Positions 32,697 to 42,843 of a stretch of DNA of 64,000 bases are shown piece after piece. The DNA is from Spirochaetia bacterium (GTDB lineage: Bacteria > Spirochaetota > Spirochaetia > SP-2023). The notes under the pieces were generated by a model that did not search any database, had not been told where the DNA came from, and saw only the letters and a list, made by a program, of their open reading frames with translations. Position 1 is the stretch's first letter; the number at the start of each line of letters is the position of its first letter. The stretch covers positions 1,600,001 to 1,664,000 of the forward strand of contig OZ253665.1 of assembly GCA_965263295.1 (NCBI GenBank). Reading direction: 5' to 3'. Both the position numbers and the translations under genes were made by a program.

Positions 32697-32886
32697 GTAG
32701 ACTGGCTTAATTAAAGCCGGCTTGAGCACAAACTCCGCTGCCGCAGATTGCCTCTGAGCCGACCCTGGAGTTGCCCCTCTGAACAGTGGCCTTGGACTCA
32801 GCTTGAACTAACCTTGGCCAACCTTGGAACTGACTTTGGATGCCCCGCCTAAACAAGCCGATAAAAGAGAAAGCAAGAATAAGCAA

Positions 32887-35301
32887 ATGAAAAAACGTCT
32901 GATTACTTCGGCCTTGCCGTATGTCAATAATATCCCCCACCTGGGCAACATTATCCAGGTGCTTTCCGCCGATGTCTTTGCCCGTTTTTGCCGCCAACGA
33001 GGTTATGAAACCCTTTATATATGCGGTTCGGACGAATACGGCACGGCCACCGAAACCCGGGCCATGCAAGAGAAAATCAGCCCTAGAGAACTTTGCGATC
33101 GCTTCTACAAAGTCCACAAGGAAATTTATGAGTGGTTCGGCATTGAATTTGACCACTTTGGACGCACATCCTGCCCGCAACAAACAGAAATTGTGCGGCA
33201 AATTTATCGCGAAGTCGAAGCCGCGGGGTTTATCCAAAAGCGAGAGACAGAACAGACCTTCTGCAAGAGCTGCGATCGTTTTCTGGCCGACCGCTATGTC
33301 TACGGCAACTGCCCGCACTGTGGCAGCGTCAATGCCCGTGGCGACCAGTGTGAAGACTGCGGCGCCATGCTCGACCCCACAGAGCTCCTGGAGCCGCGCT
33401 GCGGCATCTGCGGCGACACGCCCGAACGGCGCAGCACTGAGCATTTATTCATCGATCTGCCCAACCTGAAAGGACAACTTGGGGCCTGGATTGACGAGGC
33501 CAGCGCGCGCGGCCGCTGGTCCAAAAACGCTTTGCAGATGACCAAGAGCTGGATCCGCGACGGCTTAAAGCAGCGCTGTATTACCCGCGACCTGAGCTGG
33601 GGTGTGCCTGTTCCCCAGATGCCGGGCAAAGTTTTCTACGTCTGGTTTGATGCTCCGATTGGCTATATTTCAATCACCGCCGAACTGCTACAGCAACGTG
33701 GCGGCGACGCGCAAAGCTGGCGCGAATGGTGGCAAAACCCCGACGAAGTCGAACTGTTCCAGTTCATCGGCAAAGACAACATCCCATTCCACACCGTGCT
33801 GTTCCCCAGCAGCCTGCTCGCTTCCCAGAAAGGAGCGCCAGAGCGCCGCTGGACCATGCTGCACCACATGTCATCCACCGAATATCTGAACTACGAAAGC
33901 GGTAAATTCTCCAAAACTCGCGGCGTGGGAATCTTTGGCAACGACTGCCAAGACACAGGAATCCCCGCCGACTGCTGGCGCTTCTTTTTGTACTACAACC
34001 GCCCAGAAAAGAGCGATTACGAATTCAATTGGACTGAATTCCAGCAGCTTTTAAAGCGCGAGCTGATCGGCAATCTGGGCAACCTGGTCAATCGCACTTT
34101 GAGCTTTTTACAGCGTTTCTTTGGCGGCAAATTACGGCCTTTCGCCGAGATGAGCTCGTCACAGCGGCCCGGCGAAGTTAGCGCATTTTTTGCCGAATTG
34201 CGCCGCCAGCAGGCAGAAATTAGCGCACAACTGGAATGGAGCCAACTCAAGGATGCCCTCCACCGCATCATGGACATGGCCAGCTACGGCAATAAGGTGT
34301 TTCAAGATAAAGAACCATGGGCTCTAGTCAAAAATGACGCCGACTGTGCCCACGCCTGGCTGACGGCCCTGGTCTACCTGATTCATGACCTGAGCATCTG
34401 TTTGCGTCCCTACCTGCCTGAAACAGCGGGCAAGATCGCCAGTTTTCTGGGCCTTGCGGACGAGGCGGCCAGTTTTTCCTGGTCGCAGCTGGGCAATTAT
34501 TCGAGGCTTTACAGCGACAATCCCAAACTGCCTGAGCCTAAAATCCTGTTTCAGCCACTGCGGGATGAGCGCGTCGCCGCGCTGCGGGCGCGCTTTGCCG
34601 GCAGCCAGAATGAGCGCGTGGCGGCCGAGCGCCAACGAGCCGAAAATTCAAATATAAATTCAAATAAATCTGGCGAGGATGCCCAGCTCCGGTACCGCGA
34701 AGCAGGAGAACAAGCCAGTGCCGAAACCTGGGCCAGAGGCATTGAGCTGCGTGTCGGCCGCATTGTCGAGATCGAGCGGCATCCCGATGCCGAACGGCTC
34801 TTTGTCGAGAAGATTGACTGTGGGGAAGAGGCGCCTCGCACCATTGTCTCCGGCCTGGCCGAGCATTACGAGCCAGAGCAACTTTTGGGCCAAACGGTAG
34901 CGGTCGTCGCGAACCTGAAACCGGCCAAATTGCGCGGTGTCAAAAGCATGGGCATGATCCTGGCCGCAAGTCCGTTCAAGGGCGAGGAAGAGGCGGCCCG
35001 CGCCGCGGGCCTGCGCACGGTTGAGGTTCTACATCCACAGGGCGAGCCAGGAGAACGCATTGTGGTTCAAGGGTTTGAAGGCGCCCCATTGCCGGCCTCG
35101 CCAGCTAGGCCAGCCCGGCCGGCCAGTATTGACGATTTCCGGGCCGTACCTTTGTTTCTCGATAACTACCAGGCTAAACTACAGGACACAAGTCAGGCGC
35201 AAGGCATAGGTTTATGTCTGAAAGTACAGCGAAGTTCCGCCAGCGCCGGCTGCGGCCTGGTCCTCGGCAGCCGCGGGTTGCAGCGTGGCGAAATCGGCTG
35301 A
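32887..35301 (+). CDS. metG: methionine--tRNA ligase with C-terminal tRNA-binding domain
   Basis: TSALPYVN..PHLGN, two CxxC knuckles, YVWFDA, FIGKDN, KFSK, OB-fold NLKPAKLRG. ATG 32887. Confidence 0.97.
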   Translation: MKKRLITSALPYVNNIPHLGNIIQVLSADVFARFCRQRGYETLYICGSDEYGTATETRAMQEKISPRELCDRFYKVHKEIYEWFGIEFDHFGRTSCPQQTEIVRQIYREVEAAGFIQKRETEQTFCKSCDRFLADRYVYGNCPHCGSVNARGDQCEDCGAMLDPTELLEPRCGICGDTPERRSTEHLFIDLPNLKGQLGAWIDEASARGRWSKNALQMTKSWIRDGLKQRCITRDLSWGVPVPQMPGKVFYVWFDAPIGYISITAELLQQRGGDAQSWREWWQNPDEVELFQFIGKDNIPFHTVLFPSSLLASQKGAPERRWTMLHHMSSTEYLNYESGKFSKTRGVGIFGNDCQDTGIPADCWRFFLYYNRPEKSDYEFNWTEFQQLLKRELIGNLGNLVNRTLSFLQRFFGGKLRPFAEMSSSQRPGEVSAFFAELRRQQAEISAQLEWSQLKDALHRIMDMASYGNKVFQDKEPWALVKNDADCAHAWLTALVYLIHDLSICLRPYLPETAGKIASFLGLADEAASFSWSQLGNYSRLYSDNPKLPEPKILFQPLRDERVAALRARFAGSQNERVAAERQRAENSNINSNKSGEDAQLRYREAGEQASAETWARGIELRVGRIVEIERHPDAERLFVEKIDCGEEAPRTIVSGLAEHYEPEQLLGQTVAVVANLKPAKLRGVKSMGMILAASPFKGEEEAARAAGLRTVEVLHPQGEPGERIVVQGFEGAPLPASPARPARPASIDDFRAVPLFLDNYQAKLQDTSQAQGIGLCLKVQRSSASAGCGLVLGSRGLQRGEIG

Positions 35302-35302
35302 C

Positions 35303-36691
35303 ATGGAGGCGCAAACGCTGGCAAAGGCCCGTCCAGACGCCAGCTCCGGCTGCGTCTTGGTCTTTGGCAGCTTTGACCTCTTACACAAAGGACACCGCTA
35401 CTTCCTGCGGCACAGTCGGCAGCCAGGTCGGCGCCTGGTGGCCGTACTGGCCCGCGACGAGGAAATTTATCGTTTCAAACAGCGCCAACCGGCCTGGAAC
35501 TATGAGAAGCGCAAGTCCGCCCTGTTGCGCAGTGGACTGGTGGATGAAGTAATCAGCTCCGACGAGCGCCATGGGACTTTTTATGTACTGCAGAGACAAG
35601 ACTGTCCGGTGGCTCAAGTCACCCTGGGAGACGGGCAGGAAGCTCTAAAGATGGCACTGGAAGAATTTTTCTGCCGTCGGGAAGGGCTTCGCTGCCCCAT
35701 CCACTTTGTGGCCCCGCACAAACGCAACTGGTTGAGCAGCACGCGCCTGCATCAATGGCACCAAGCTGCAGCCTATTTTTGCCTTTTGCTTGCCATGCTA
35801 TCGGGCTCCTCTGTTTGGGTAATTGGCAGGTTTGTCGCCTCTTCAGGTCTGGCAGCACCGCTGGCGGCGACCCTGCGCCTGAGCATGCTGGCGATTCTTT
35901 TCTTTATTTGGCAAATTGCACTCAGCATACGCCAGGCAGTGACAGATAAAAAAAACAGCATATGGCAACAGCTGAATGCCAATTTGAAATTGGACATCGC
36001 AAACCTGTGGCAGCCACTGTACTCTGGACTGGGCTTTGCGGTTTACAATCTGTGTTTTTTTTTCGGCTTAGAAGCCATATTTGCGAGTCAGGGAGGAGTT
36101 CTGACCTCTGTATTAATTGTTCTTTTCTCATCCGTTATCTACAGTGTAAGCCATAAAGCAAAACTACAGCAGGCACAAGTATTGGGCTTATTTTTCGGAA
36201 TACTTAGCAGTCTGGTCCTTATGGGTGGGGCAACTTATCTGCAAGGTCTGCTTGCTTATGGACCCCATCCGACGCCTCATTGGCAGATTAGCCTGTTTAT
36301 TGGCACGGCTCTCTCATGGAGCCTCATAAGCCACCTAAGCAGCCAGGTCCCCAAAAGCGACAGCCTGCAGAGATACTCGTTCTACACTCATCTGTTCGGC
36401 GCTCTGTGGACGAGTTGGGGCTGGCTGTGGTACGAGGGGGGCGTGCATTGGCTCTCAATTATGGGCTTGGTGTTTGTCGGCAGCATCCTGTTTACCCCGC
36501 TATACCTTTTGTCCTTAAGGTTCTTGCGCCCCTGCCATGTCGCCGGTTTTTTGTTGCTGAACCCGGTATTTATCCTGGTCATGAGCTGGCTCTTCCTCGC
36601 TGAGCCCTGGACTTGGGACTTGAACCTAGGCACGGCCCTGGCCGTGCTGGCGATCGTGTTGCTCAATCGCAGCCCGACCTGTAAGTCTTAG
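35303..36691 (+). CDS. fusion of an HxGH cytidylyltransferase-superfamily domain (RibL/FAD synthetase-like) and a DMT/EamA transporter
   Basis: N-terminal ~155 aa: FGSFDLLHKGH, VAVLARDE, K.RQP, LVDEV, LGDGQ, LSST. C-terminal ~300 aa: about 10 TM with DMT-like motifs (YNLCFFFGL, LLNPVF..MSWLFLAEP). One uninterrupted ORF. Confidence 0.8.
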   Translation: MEAQTLAKARPDASSGCVLVFGSFDLLHKGHRYFLRHSRQPGRRLVAVLARDEEIYRFKQRQPAWNYEKRKSALLRSGLVDEVISSDERHGTFYVLQRQDCPVAQVTLGDGQEALKMALEEFFCRREGLRCPIHFVAPHKRNWLSSTRLHQWHQAAAYFCLLLAMLSGSSVWVIGRFVASSGLAAPLAATLRLSMLAILFFIWQIALSIRQAVTDKKNSIWQQLNANLKLDIANLWQPLYSGLGFAVYNLCFFFGLEAIFASQGGVLTSVLIVLFSSVIYSVSHKAKLQQAQVLGLFFGILSSLVLMGGATYLQGLLAYGPHPTPHWQISLFIGTALSWSLISHLSSQVPKSDSLQRYSFYTHLFGALWTSWGWLWYEGGVHWLSIMGLVFVGSILFTPLYLLSLRFLRPCHVAGFLLLNPVFILVMSWLFLAEPWTWDLNLGTALAVLAIVLLNRSPTCKS

Positions 36692-36961
36692 CCATTGGCA
36701 AATGGGGTCCAGTCCCACCCACCCGGTTAAGACGCCTCGGCTCTCATTGGGACTTCTGTCCCAGGGCATATCGCACTTGCGCTGAAATCCCGGCACAACT
36801 TTTGGTGAAAAATTACTGCAACTGTTATAAATCCGGCGACACTTTATTTGGCTAAAGGTCAAATCTCGTTAAAATGCAAGTCTCCCCCAAACAGTGGGAT
36901 TGCGATAATTGAGCTCTTTTCGGTTAAGAGCCGAGCATGTATTCCACTCCCGACAAAACGG

Positions 36962-39034
36962 ATGAACCTTTCTAATCGCGTAATTACAATTTATACGATC
37001 GTGGCCATATTGATGGCCATAGCTGTAATGGGCAAATTTGCCCAGCTGATGTTGGGCGGCGAAGGACCTGGTCGCACGAAAATTGAACACAAGCCACAGG
37101 TGGTACGCGGTTCAATTTTCGACCGCAATGGCAAATTGTTGGCCAATCAGATCAAGCGCCGTTCACTGGATGTCTGGCTGCCCAGCGTGCGCGACCTGCG
37201 TCTCAGTTCCGATCTGATTGCCCCCATACTCAAAATGGATCCCGATCAGCTCTATCAGAAACTGCTGAGCAGCCAACGCAATTACATGTGGATCAAGCGT
37301 TTTCTCAGCGAAAGTGAAGCGGACAAAATTGACAAACATATCGCTCTGGGCGAACTGCCTGGTTTTAAACTGCACGAAGAATACAAGCGCTACTATCCAC
37401 TGGGAGAGCTCGCCTCGCACCTGCTCGGCTTCACGAACATCGACAGCGTTGGCCTGGACGGCGTCGAGCGCAGCATGGAAAGCTGGCTAAACCCCAAAGA
37501 TAGCCAAATTCCCCTCAGCTCCAGCAACTCACGCCACAATATCTTTTATGGCAATAAAGTTTATTTATCCATAGACATTGATACCCAGTACATCATTGAT
37601 AAAATTGCCCGCAAGGCCATGATTGCGACCCAGGCCGACAATGTAGTCGCCATGCTAATGGATGCGCGCACCGGCGCCTTGCTCGCCTTTGTCAGTTTGC
37701 CTGAGTACGACCCCAACCTTTTCAATCACTACTCCAACAAAGTGCTCAGTAACCAAGCCATCAGCGCCACTTACGAGCCTGGCTCGGTATTTAAAATCTA
37801 CACAATGGCCTTGCTGCTGGACGAAAAGGTCATCGACATCAACCAGATTTTTGATATCGGCACAGTCTACAACCCGCAGATTTTCAAGCGCAACAAAATT
37901 TATCCCATTCACGACGTCACTCCGCACAAAGCCCTTTCGGCCACTGAAATTCTAATCTATTCCAGCAACGTCGGAATGTCGACGGCATCCGAAGGCATCA
38001 GCGACCAACGATTCTACGAAAAACTACACCAATTGGGTTTTGGCAGGACCACAGGCATACAACTCCCCGGCGAATCCAACGGCATCCTCAGGCACCCTTC
38101 AAAATGGTCAGTCCGCTCCAAACCCACCATCTCTTTCGGACAGGAGCTCGGCGTCTCGGCCATTCAGATGCTGCGGGCCGCGACTGTGTTTACCAATGGC
38201 GGCATGCTGCTGGCTCCTATTATAATTGACCGAATTGAAGAACCGGACGGCAATGTGCGCCTGCAGAACAACCGCCGACCAGAATACGAAGTCATATCGC
38301 CGATCACAGCCCAAAACATGCTCTTGATGATGGAACAAGTCGTGGCTTCAGATCTAGGTACCATGCGCGGCTCGCGTGTCGCCGGTTTGCGCATCTCGGG
38401 CAAATCGGGGACAGGTCAAGTTTTTGATCCCCAGACGGGGCAATATTATCCGGAGCGGGTCAACAGCTCGGCCATTGTCATCTTCCCGACGGACGACCCG
38501 AATTTCATCTTCTACGTCAACATTTTTAATCCCAAAAGTAGTTTGCGCTGGGGCGGTCGTTTAATTTCGCCAATGGTTACCGAAGCCATCGCCGAACTGA
38601 CCAACCGCTACAACCTGCCGCTTAAAGGTAACCGCATTGCTTATTTGAACGAAGACGTGCAGACCCTGATTGAAGAGCTCCAATCCGAGGATAAAAAAAG
38701 GGAGTTACCGCACAATCTGAGCGAGCTTCCCGACCTGCGTGGTTTGCCAAAGCGCAAGTTGTTGCCACTGCTACGCGTTCCCGGCTTAATAGTCGAAATT
38801 ATTGGCGAAGGGCACGTCACAGGCCAAAGCCTGCCCGCCGGCACAGAAATTCCACAGGCAGAAGCCCTGGCGCCTCCAGTTTCTCCCACAGTGTCTAACG
38901 CAGCGGGCACACGGACAAGCCCAAATGCGCAAGAAATCCCAGAGGCTCCCACAGAGGCCGATAAATTGCAAGAACCCGCAAAAATACATCGCGACATGCC
39001 TAGTCCACTGCTCCTAAAAGTCTGGCTGCAGTAA
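36962..39034 (+). CDS. ftsI: class B penicillin-binding protein, FtsI/PBP3-like
   Basis: TM, RGSIFDRNG, RYYP.G, YEPGSVFK, SSN, SFGQ, GKSGT; degenerate PASTA-like tail. ATG 36962. Confidence 0.82.
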   Translation: MNLSNRVITIYTIVAILMAIAVMGKFAQLMLGGEGPGRTKIEHKPQVVRGSIFDRNGKLLANQIKRRSLDVWLPSVRDLRLSSDLIAPILKMDPDQLYQKLLSSQRNYMWIKRFLSESEADKIDKHIALGELPGFKLHEEYKRYYPLGELASHLLGFTNIDSVGLDGVERSMESWLNPKDSQIPLSSSNSRHNIFYGNKVYLSIDIDTQYIIDKIARKAMIATQADNVVAMLMDARTGALLAFVSLPEYDPNLFNHYSNKVLSNQAISATYEPGSVFKIYTMALLLDEKVIDINQIFDIGTVYNPQIFKRNKIYPIHDVTPHKALSATEILIYSSNVGMSTASEGISDQRFYEKLHQLGFGRTTGIQLPGESNGILRHPSKWSVRSKPTISFGQELGVSAIQMLRAATVFTNGGMLLAPIIIDRIEEPDGNVRLQNNRRPEYEVISPITAQNMLLMMEQVVASDLGTMRGSRVAGLRISGKSGTGQVFDPQTGQYYPERVNSSAIVIFPTDDPNFIFYVNIFNPKSSLRWGGRLISPMVTEAIAELTNRYNLPLKGNRIAYLNEDVQTLIEELQSEDKKRELPHNLSELPDLRGLPKRKLLPLLRVPGLIVEIIGEGHVTGQSLPAGTEIPQAEALAPPVSPTVSNAAGTRTSPNAQEIPEAPTEADKLQEPAKIHRDMPSPLLLKVWLQ

Positions 39035-39067
39035 AGCCATTCAATTTAATTTCCGAAAATTCTTACT

Positions 39068-41212
39068 ATGCCCACTGCAAAAGCTCCTCCCCCACAGTCC
39101 CAAACGAAACAGTCCGAAGCGAACAAGACTCAGGCCGTGCCGGCTCTTCAGAAATCCGTGCACGCTGGGCAGCCCGGACAGCCTGAACAAGCTCAAGGCA
39201 GCTCCAGCCCTTCAACAGTCTGGAATTGGCAAGGGAGAGAGAGCCTGGCCAATTTTCGTCGCAACTGTGATATTTTGCGGCCTCGCGCTCGCGATCTAGT
39301 ACGACAGCTGGAAGCCTGCCCATTTCCTGCCCAACCCGAATCTCCTGCCCAATCCGAATCGGCCATTCTGCCCGCAAACAATGACAGCAATGCCAAGCCA
39401 CTCAATTTGCCCCGCAGCCGTCCCCAAGAACTTATGGCGGCTGAAGCGGCCGCGATCAACGTCCAGAAGAGCCGCGACGGCAATTGGGTTCTGGTTTTTC
39501 GGGGCAAGCCACTGTATTCCCGCTACAAACCCTTGGAAGAGTGTAAAAAATGGATTGCAAAGGACTTGCGCAAAGAGACCAACAGCGCCATCTTCGCGGG
39601 TTTTGGACTCGGCTACCAAATAGAAGAACTATTAAGTCATCGTTCGCGGGCCTTGATCTTGGTCGTCGAATCGAGCTACGCACTTTTTAAAGCGGCTCTG
39701 TGCCTGCGTGATCTCGGCCATCTGCTGAGCAACCCCAAGTTCTTTTGCTCGGTTGGGCCGACAGCCAACCTCGAACTGTATTTGCATCATTTTTCAGAAC
39801 GCAGCTTTCAGTTTTACCAGCTGCAAGCCCTATACAACTGTCAACACAGCTTCTACCAACCACTGCAACGCCGTATCCTCAGCCTCCTCAGTCGGTTTCG
39901 CATCAACGCAAACACCCTAAACCGCTTTGGTCCGCTATGGATTAAAAACATAGCGATGAACCTGTGCGAACTGGCTAGTGCATCTGACGCCGCAGTATTC
40001 TATCAGCGCTTTGAGGGACTTTCCTTTTTGTTGATCGCCGCCGGGCCCTCACTGGAAAGCCTTTTACCACAGCTACCCAAGCTGCGGCAGCGCTTTGTGC
40101 TCTTAGCCGTGGACACGGCCCTGGGCCTCTTACAGCAGCAAGGCATTGAACCCGATTTCGTAATCAGCGTCGACCCACAGTTATTAAATGCGCGTCACTT
40201 TGATTTCTGTGAGGCTCCGCGTTCCATCCTAGTTTCTGAATCTTGCATTTACCCTTCAATTTTCCAGCGCCGCTGGCGTTTCCGTGCCTTGTTCCATTCG
40301 AGCATCCCGCTGATGGAACAATTTGAACGGCAAATCGGCGGCGTGAACAACAACCCGCAGTTCGGCCAGGTCAAGAGTGGCGGCTCTGTCGCCACTGCCG
40401 CCTGGGATTTTGCCCGTAAATGCAAGGCTTCCCGCCTCTATGTCGCGGGCCTTGACCTCTCCTACCCCACCCTGCACTCCCACTGCCGCGGCACAATGTC
40501 TCAGCGCAACAGCCTGATTCGCGGCAACCGTCTCAAACCGGTGGAACACCAGAACTGGCGCGTTACCATATCCGCAGGTGCCCAGCGAGTAAACTCCTGG
40601 CAAGGGCCTACGCTAAAAGTTCTCAGCGATAAACGCATGAATGTCTACCGCAGCTGGCTCGAAGAAAGCCTAAAAAAAACGGATAACTGGCCTAATTATG
40701 TCATTGATGGCTCAGGTGGACGCGCAGCAAGCATTGAAGGGATGGAATTAATCCAGCTAGAAACGGCTCTGCGAGAACCCGAACGCCGCGAAGAAATTGA
40801 ACAGCGCCTAGACTTAATCCTGGGCGAAGCCCGGCAGCCAGCCATGAGCCGGCACGACAAGCTCTTGCATGCCATTGACAAGCTGCTACAGGAAATGGGC
40901 ACAATCTATCGCTGGAGTGAAGAATTACTGGCCCTGCTCTCTTACCGGCGGCGCAACAGCAGTCAGGAAAAACGCCTGCGCGAGTTGCACAGCAAGATAT
41001 CCCGGTCTCACAGCTGCCATATTGTGAGCTTCTTTTTTACCGACAAACTATCACAGATGCTCGGACGCAGTCCAGAACAGGTGCAGGAAGAACAGCTAGA
41101 ACGCGACCGGCTAAAAATCTATCAACGCTTCTACCTGTCGGTCAAATTCCACCTGTATTGGCTGCATACCGCCCAATGCCAGCTACAAGCGCAAAGCGAA
41201 GCGAAGCTTTGA
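39068..41212 (+). CDS. motility associated factor (Maf/DUF115) flagellin glycosyltransferase-like protein
   Basis: LYSRYKP..E, GFGLGY, IAAGPSL, AVDTA, PDFVISVDPQ, GGSVA, GLDLSY. Confidence 0.85.
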   Translation: MPTAKAPPPQSQTKQSEANKTQAVPALQKSVHAGQPGQPEQAQGSSSPSTVWNWQGRESLANFRRNCDILRPRARDLVRQLEACPFPAQPESPAQSESAILPANNDSNAKPLNLPRSRPQELMAAEAAAINVQKSRDGNWVLVFRGKPLYSRYKPLEECKKWIAKDLRKETNSAIFAGFGLGYQIEELLSHRSRALILVVESSYALFKAALCLRDLGHLLSNPKFFCSVGPTANLELYLHHFSERSFQFYQLQALYNCQHSFYQPLQRRILSLLSRFRINANTLNRFGPLWIKNIAMNLCELASASDAAVFYQRFEGLSFLLIAAGPSLESLLPQLPKLRQRFVLLAVDTALGLLQQQGIEPDFVISVDPQLLNARHFDFCEAPRSILVSESCIYPSIFQRRWRFRALFHSSIPLMEQFERQIGGVNNNPQFGQVKSGGSVATAAWDFARKCKASRLYVAGLDLSYPTLHSHCRGTMSQRNSLIRGNRLKPVEHQNWRVTISAGAQRVNSWQGPTLKVLSDKRMNVYRSWLEESLKKTDNWPNYVIDGSGGRAASIEGMELIQLETALREPERREEIEQRLDLILGEARQPAMSRHDKLLHAIDKLLQEMGTIYRWSEELLALLSYRRRNSSQEKRLRELHSKISRSHSCHIVSFFFTDKLSQMLGRSPEQVQEEQLERDRLKIYQRFYLSVKFHLYWLHTAQCQLQAQSEAKL

Positions 41213-41411
41213 TACTTTGACTTATATTTATTAATGACATTGGCGTTCATTTTGTCAGCGGTGGCAACCTTTGATGCTGGGAAACTTGCAATCGTAAACT
41301 TGCAGTTGTTGCATCAATGAAATAATATTTTCTATATTTTACAAGAATACTTTTTAGAATAAACTTTAGCTGTAGAAAAATTCTAGATGGTATGGCGGAT
41401 TATCGCTTGGC

Positions 41412-42227
41412 TCAAAGCCAGTTCAGGGCCCAGTAATAATGGATTCCGGATTCGGGGCACGAGAACTGCCCTTCGGCCGAACCGGCGGGCTTGAAATCTT
41501 GCGCACGCGCTAGAAGACCAGTCCCTTCTAACTTGCTCAATGCCTCGTAGCGACACCAAAGCTGGAAAAAATATTGTTCTGCGATATCTTCTTTTTCTTG
41601 TTGTAGCCGCTGCAATTCCTCTTGTTCTTGCGTAGAAAATAAAATCGGGGCGATGCCCCGAATATTGGGGCGCCGTTTTCGTGTCCGTTCAATATCCAGA
41701 CCTACTTTTTGCTCGCAGCTCAAGGCCAGCGCGACGTAGTCACCCGCATGGGAGAGGTTAAAATAAGGTAAAAAAGAGCTTGCTGCCGGACCGCGGAGGT
41801 AGGGTTTTCCCTGCGCTGGTGCGGCCACTTGCCAGGCGCTTGGGCTGATGAACTTTCGCCGGCGAGGGTTTAGTTGAGCGTCCAGCTGACTGAGGCGGCA
41901 GCGCAGTAACAGCCGTGCTGCGATAAAACGCTGCCGGTCGGCGCGGAACTTGAACTTGTCGGCTCGACTGATTTCTTCTGCGGGCAGGTAGGCCCCCAGT
42001 TCGGACCGAGAGTCGGCGTCGATTTGGAAAAGTGCCAGCAGCTTGGCATAGGGGGCAATGGATAACTCAATTCCGGCGGGCAGCACAGCCGCATCGGGTT
42101 GGAGGCGGAAGTCCACCCTTGACAGCACCCTTGACAGCACCCTTGGCAACACAATTGGCAACACAATTGACAAGACACTTGGCAGCGGCCAGGCGCCATG
42201 AACATCTGCAGAATTCGTATTTGTCAT
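41412..42227 (-). CDS. Sfp-type 4'-phosphopantetheinyl transferase
   Basis: DR.RF..AR.LLR, GKPYL, FNLSHAG, VGLDIE, FF.LW.R.EAL.K..GTGL. Start uncertain (ORF track extends to 42293). Confidence 0.85.
   Translation of the reverse strand: MTNTNSADVHGAWPLPSVLSIVLPIVLPRVLSRVLSRVDFRLQPDAAVLPAGIELSIAPYAKLLALFQIDADSRSELGAYLPAEEISRADKFKFRADRQRFIAARLLLRCRLSQLDAQLNPRRRKFISPSAWQVAAPAQGKPYLRGPAASSFLPYFNLSHAGDYVALALSCEQKVGLDIERTRKRRPNIRGIAPILFSTQEQEELQRLQQEKEDIAEQYFFQLWCRYEALSKLEGTGLLARAQDFKPAGSAEGQFSCPESGIHYYWALNWL
42114..42185. repeat. 6 x 12-bp degenerate tandem repeat in the PPTase N-terminus
   Basis: CACCCTTGACAG x2, CACCCTTGGCAA, CACAATTGGCAA, CACAATTGACAA, GACACTTGGCAG; encodes VLSI-VLPI-VLPR-VLSR-VLSR. 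Confidence 0.85.
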
Positions 42228-42363
42228 ATCGGATATTATATCGGAGTCATACTGGGCATTCACCTTGTTTGAATTTCGGACCCAGGGCGGCAAAATACAA
42301 CCTGTTTTTTTAACTAAGCCCAGAAACAGGCTGCCGGGGCAATGTCCCTTTTAAAAATTTTTC

Positions 42364-42393
42364 TTGACGCTAGACCTGACTTCTGTCTATATT
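42364..42393 (+). promoter_or_regulatory. sigma70-type promoter of groES
   Basis: TTGACG(42364)-18 nt-TATATT(42388); no CIRCE element seen. Confidence 0.5.
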
Positions 42394-42441
42394 TACAGCG
42401 CATAACAAACCAACCCAATTTCAAAAGCGAGGGAGAAATTT

Positions 42442-42705
42442 ATGGCAATTAAACCTCTTGGCAGCCGTGTGCTGATCAAAATCCAGGAAGCTGAAAGCAA
42501 GACGGCTTCCGGGCTCTACATTCCGGATACGGCTCAGGAAAAAACCCAGACCGGTACTGTGGTAGCTGTCGGTGAAGATAAAGATATCGTGGTCCAGGCG
42601 GGACAAAAGGTAATGTACGATAAGTATGCTGGCTCTTCTGTCAAGATTGATGGCACAGAACACTTGATTGTCAAGAACGACGATATCATTGCCATCATCG
42701 ATTGA
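42442..42705 (+). CDS. groES: co-chaperonin GroES (no adjacent groEL)
   Basis: [34 protein letters not shown]. Confidence 0.96.
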   Translation: MAIKPLGSRVLIKIQEAESKTASGLYIPDTAQEKTQTGTVVAVGEDKDIVVQAGQKVMYDKYAGSSVKIDGTEHLIVKNDDIIAIID

Positions 42706-42754
42706 GACTCACAGTCTTGTCCGCATGATCTGCGGTGATGCGCCGATCTGTATC

Positions 42755-42790
42755 AGGCCCGCTATTTTGTCGTAGCGGGCCTTGTTTTTT
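42755..42790 (+). terminator. rho-independent terminator after groES
   Basis: AGGCCCGCTA-8 nt-TAGCGGGCCT followed by TGTTTTTT. Confidence 0.8.
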
Positions 42791-42843
42791 ATCTGTAGCT
42801 GCGCAATTGCCATTTTCGCTGCAAGCCCATATACTGCCAGCTG

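Noticed and set aside
31104..33444. Long antisense ORFs over leuC and metG (similar ones over valS, rpoD, rny and mreB)
   Set aside because: Shadow frames of conserved genes with biased codon usage; no motifs or RBS.
41225..41400. AT-rich spacer with a TTGATGC/GCATCAA inverted repeat and AAACTTGCA direct repeats
   Set aside because: It lies between convergent genes, the pairings are short, and it most plausibly reflects termination signals.
42442..42705. groES without groEL
   Set aside because: Separate groES and groEL loci are common in spirochetes, so this is not novel.
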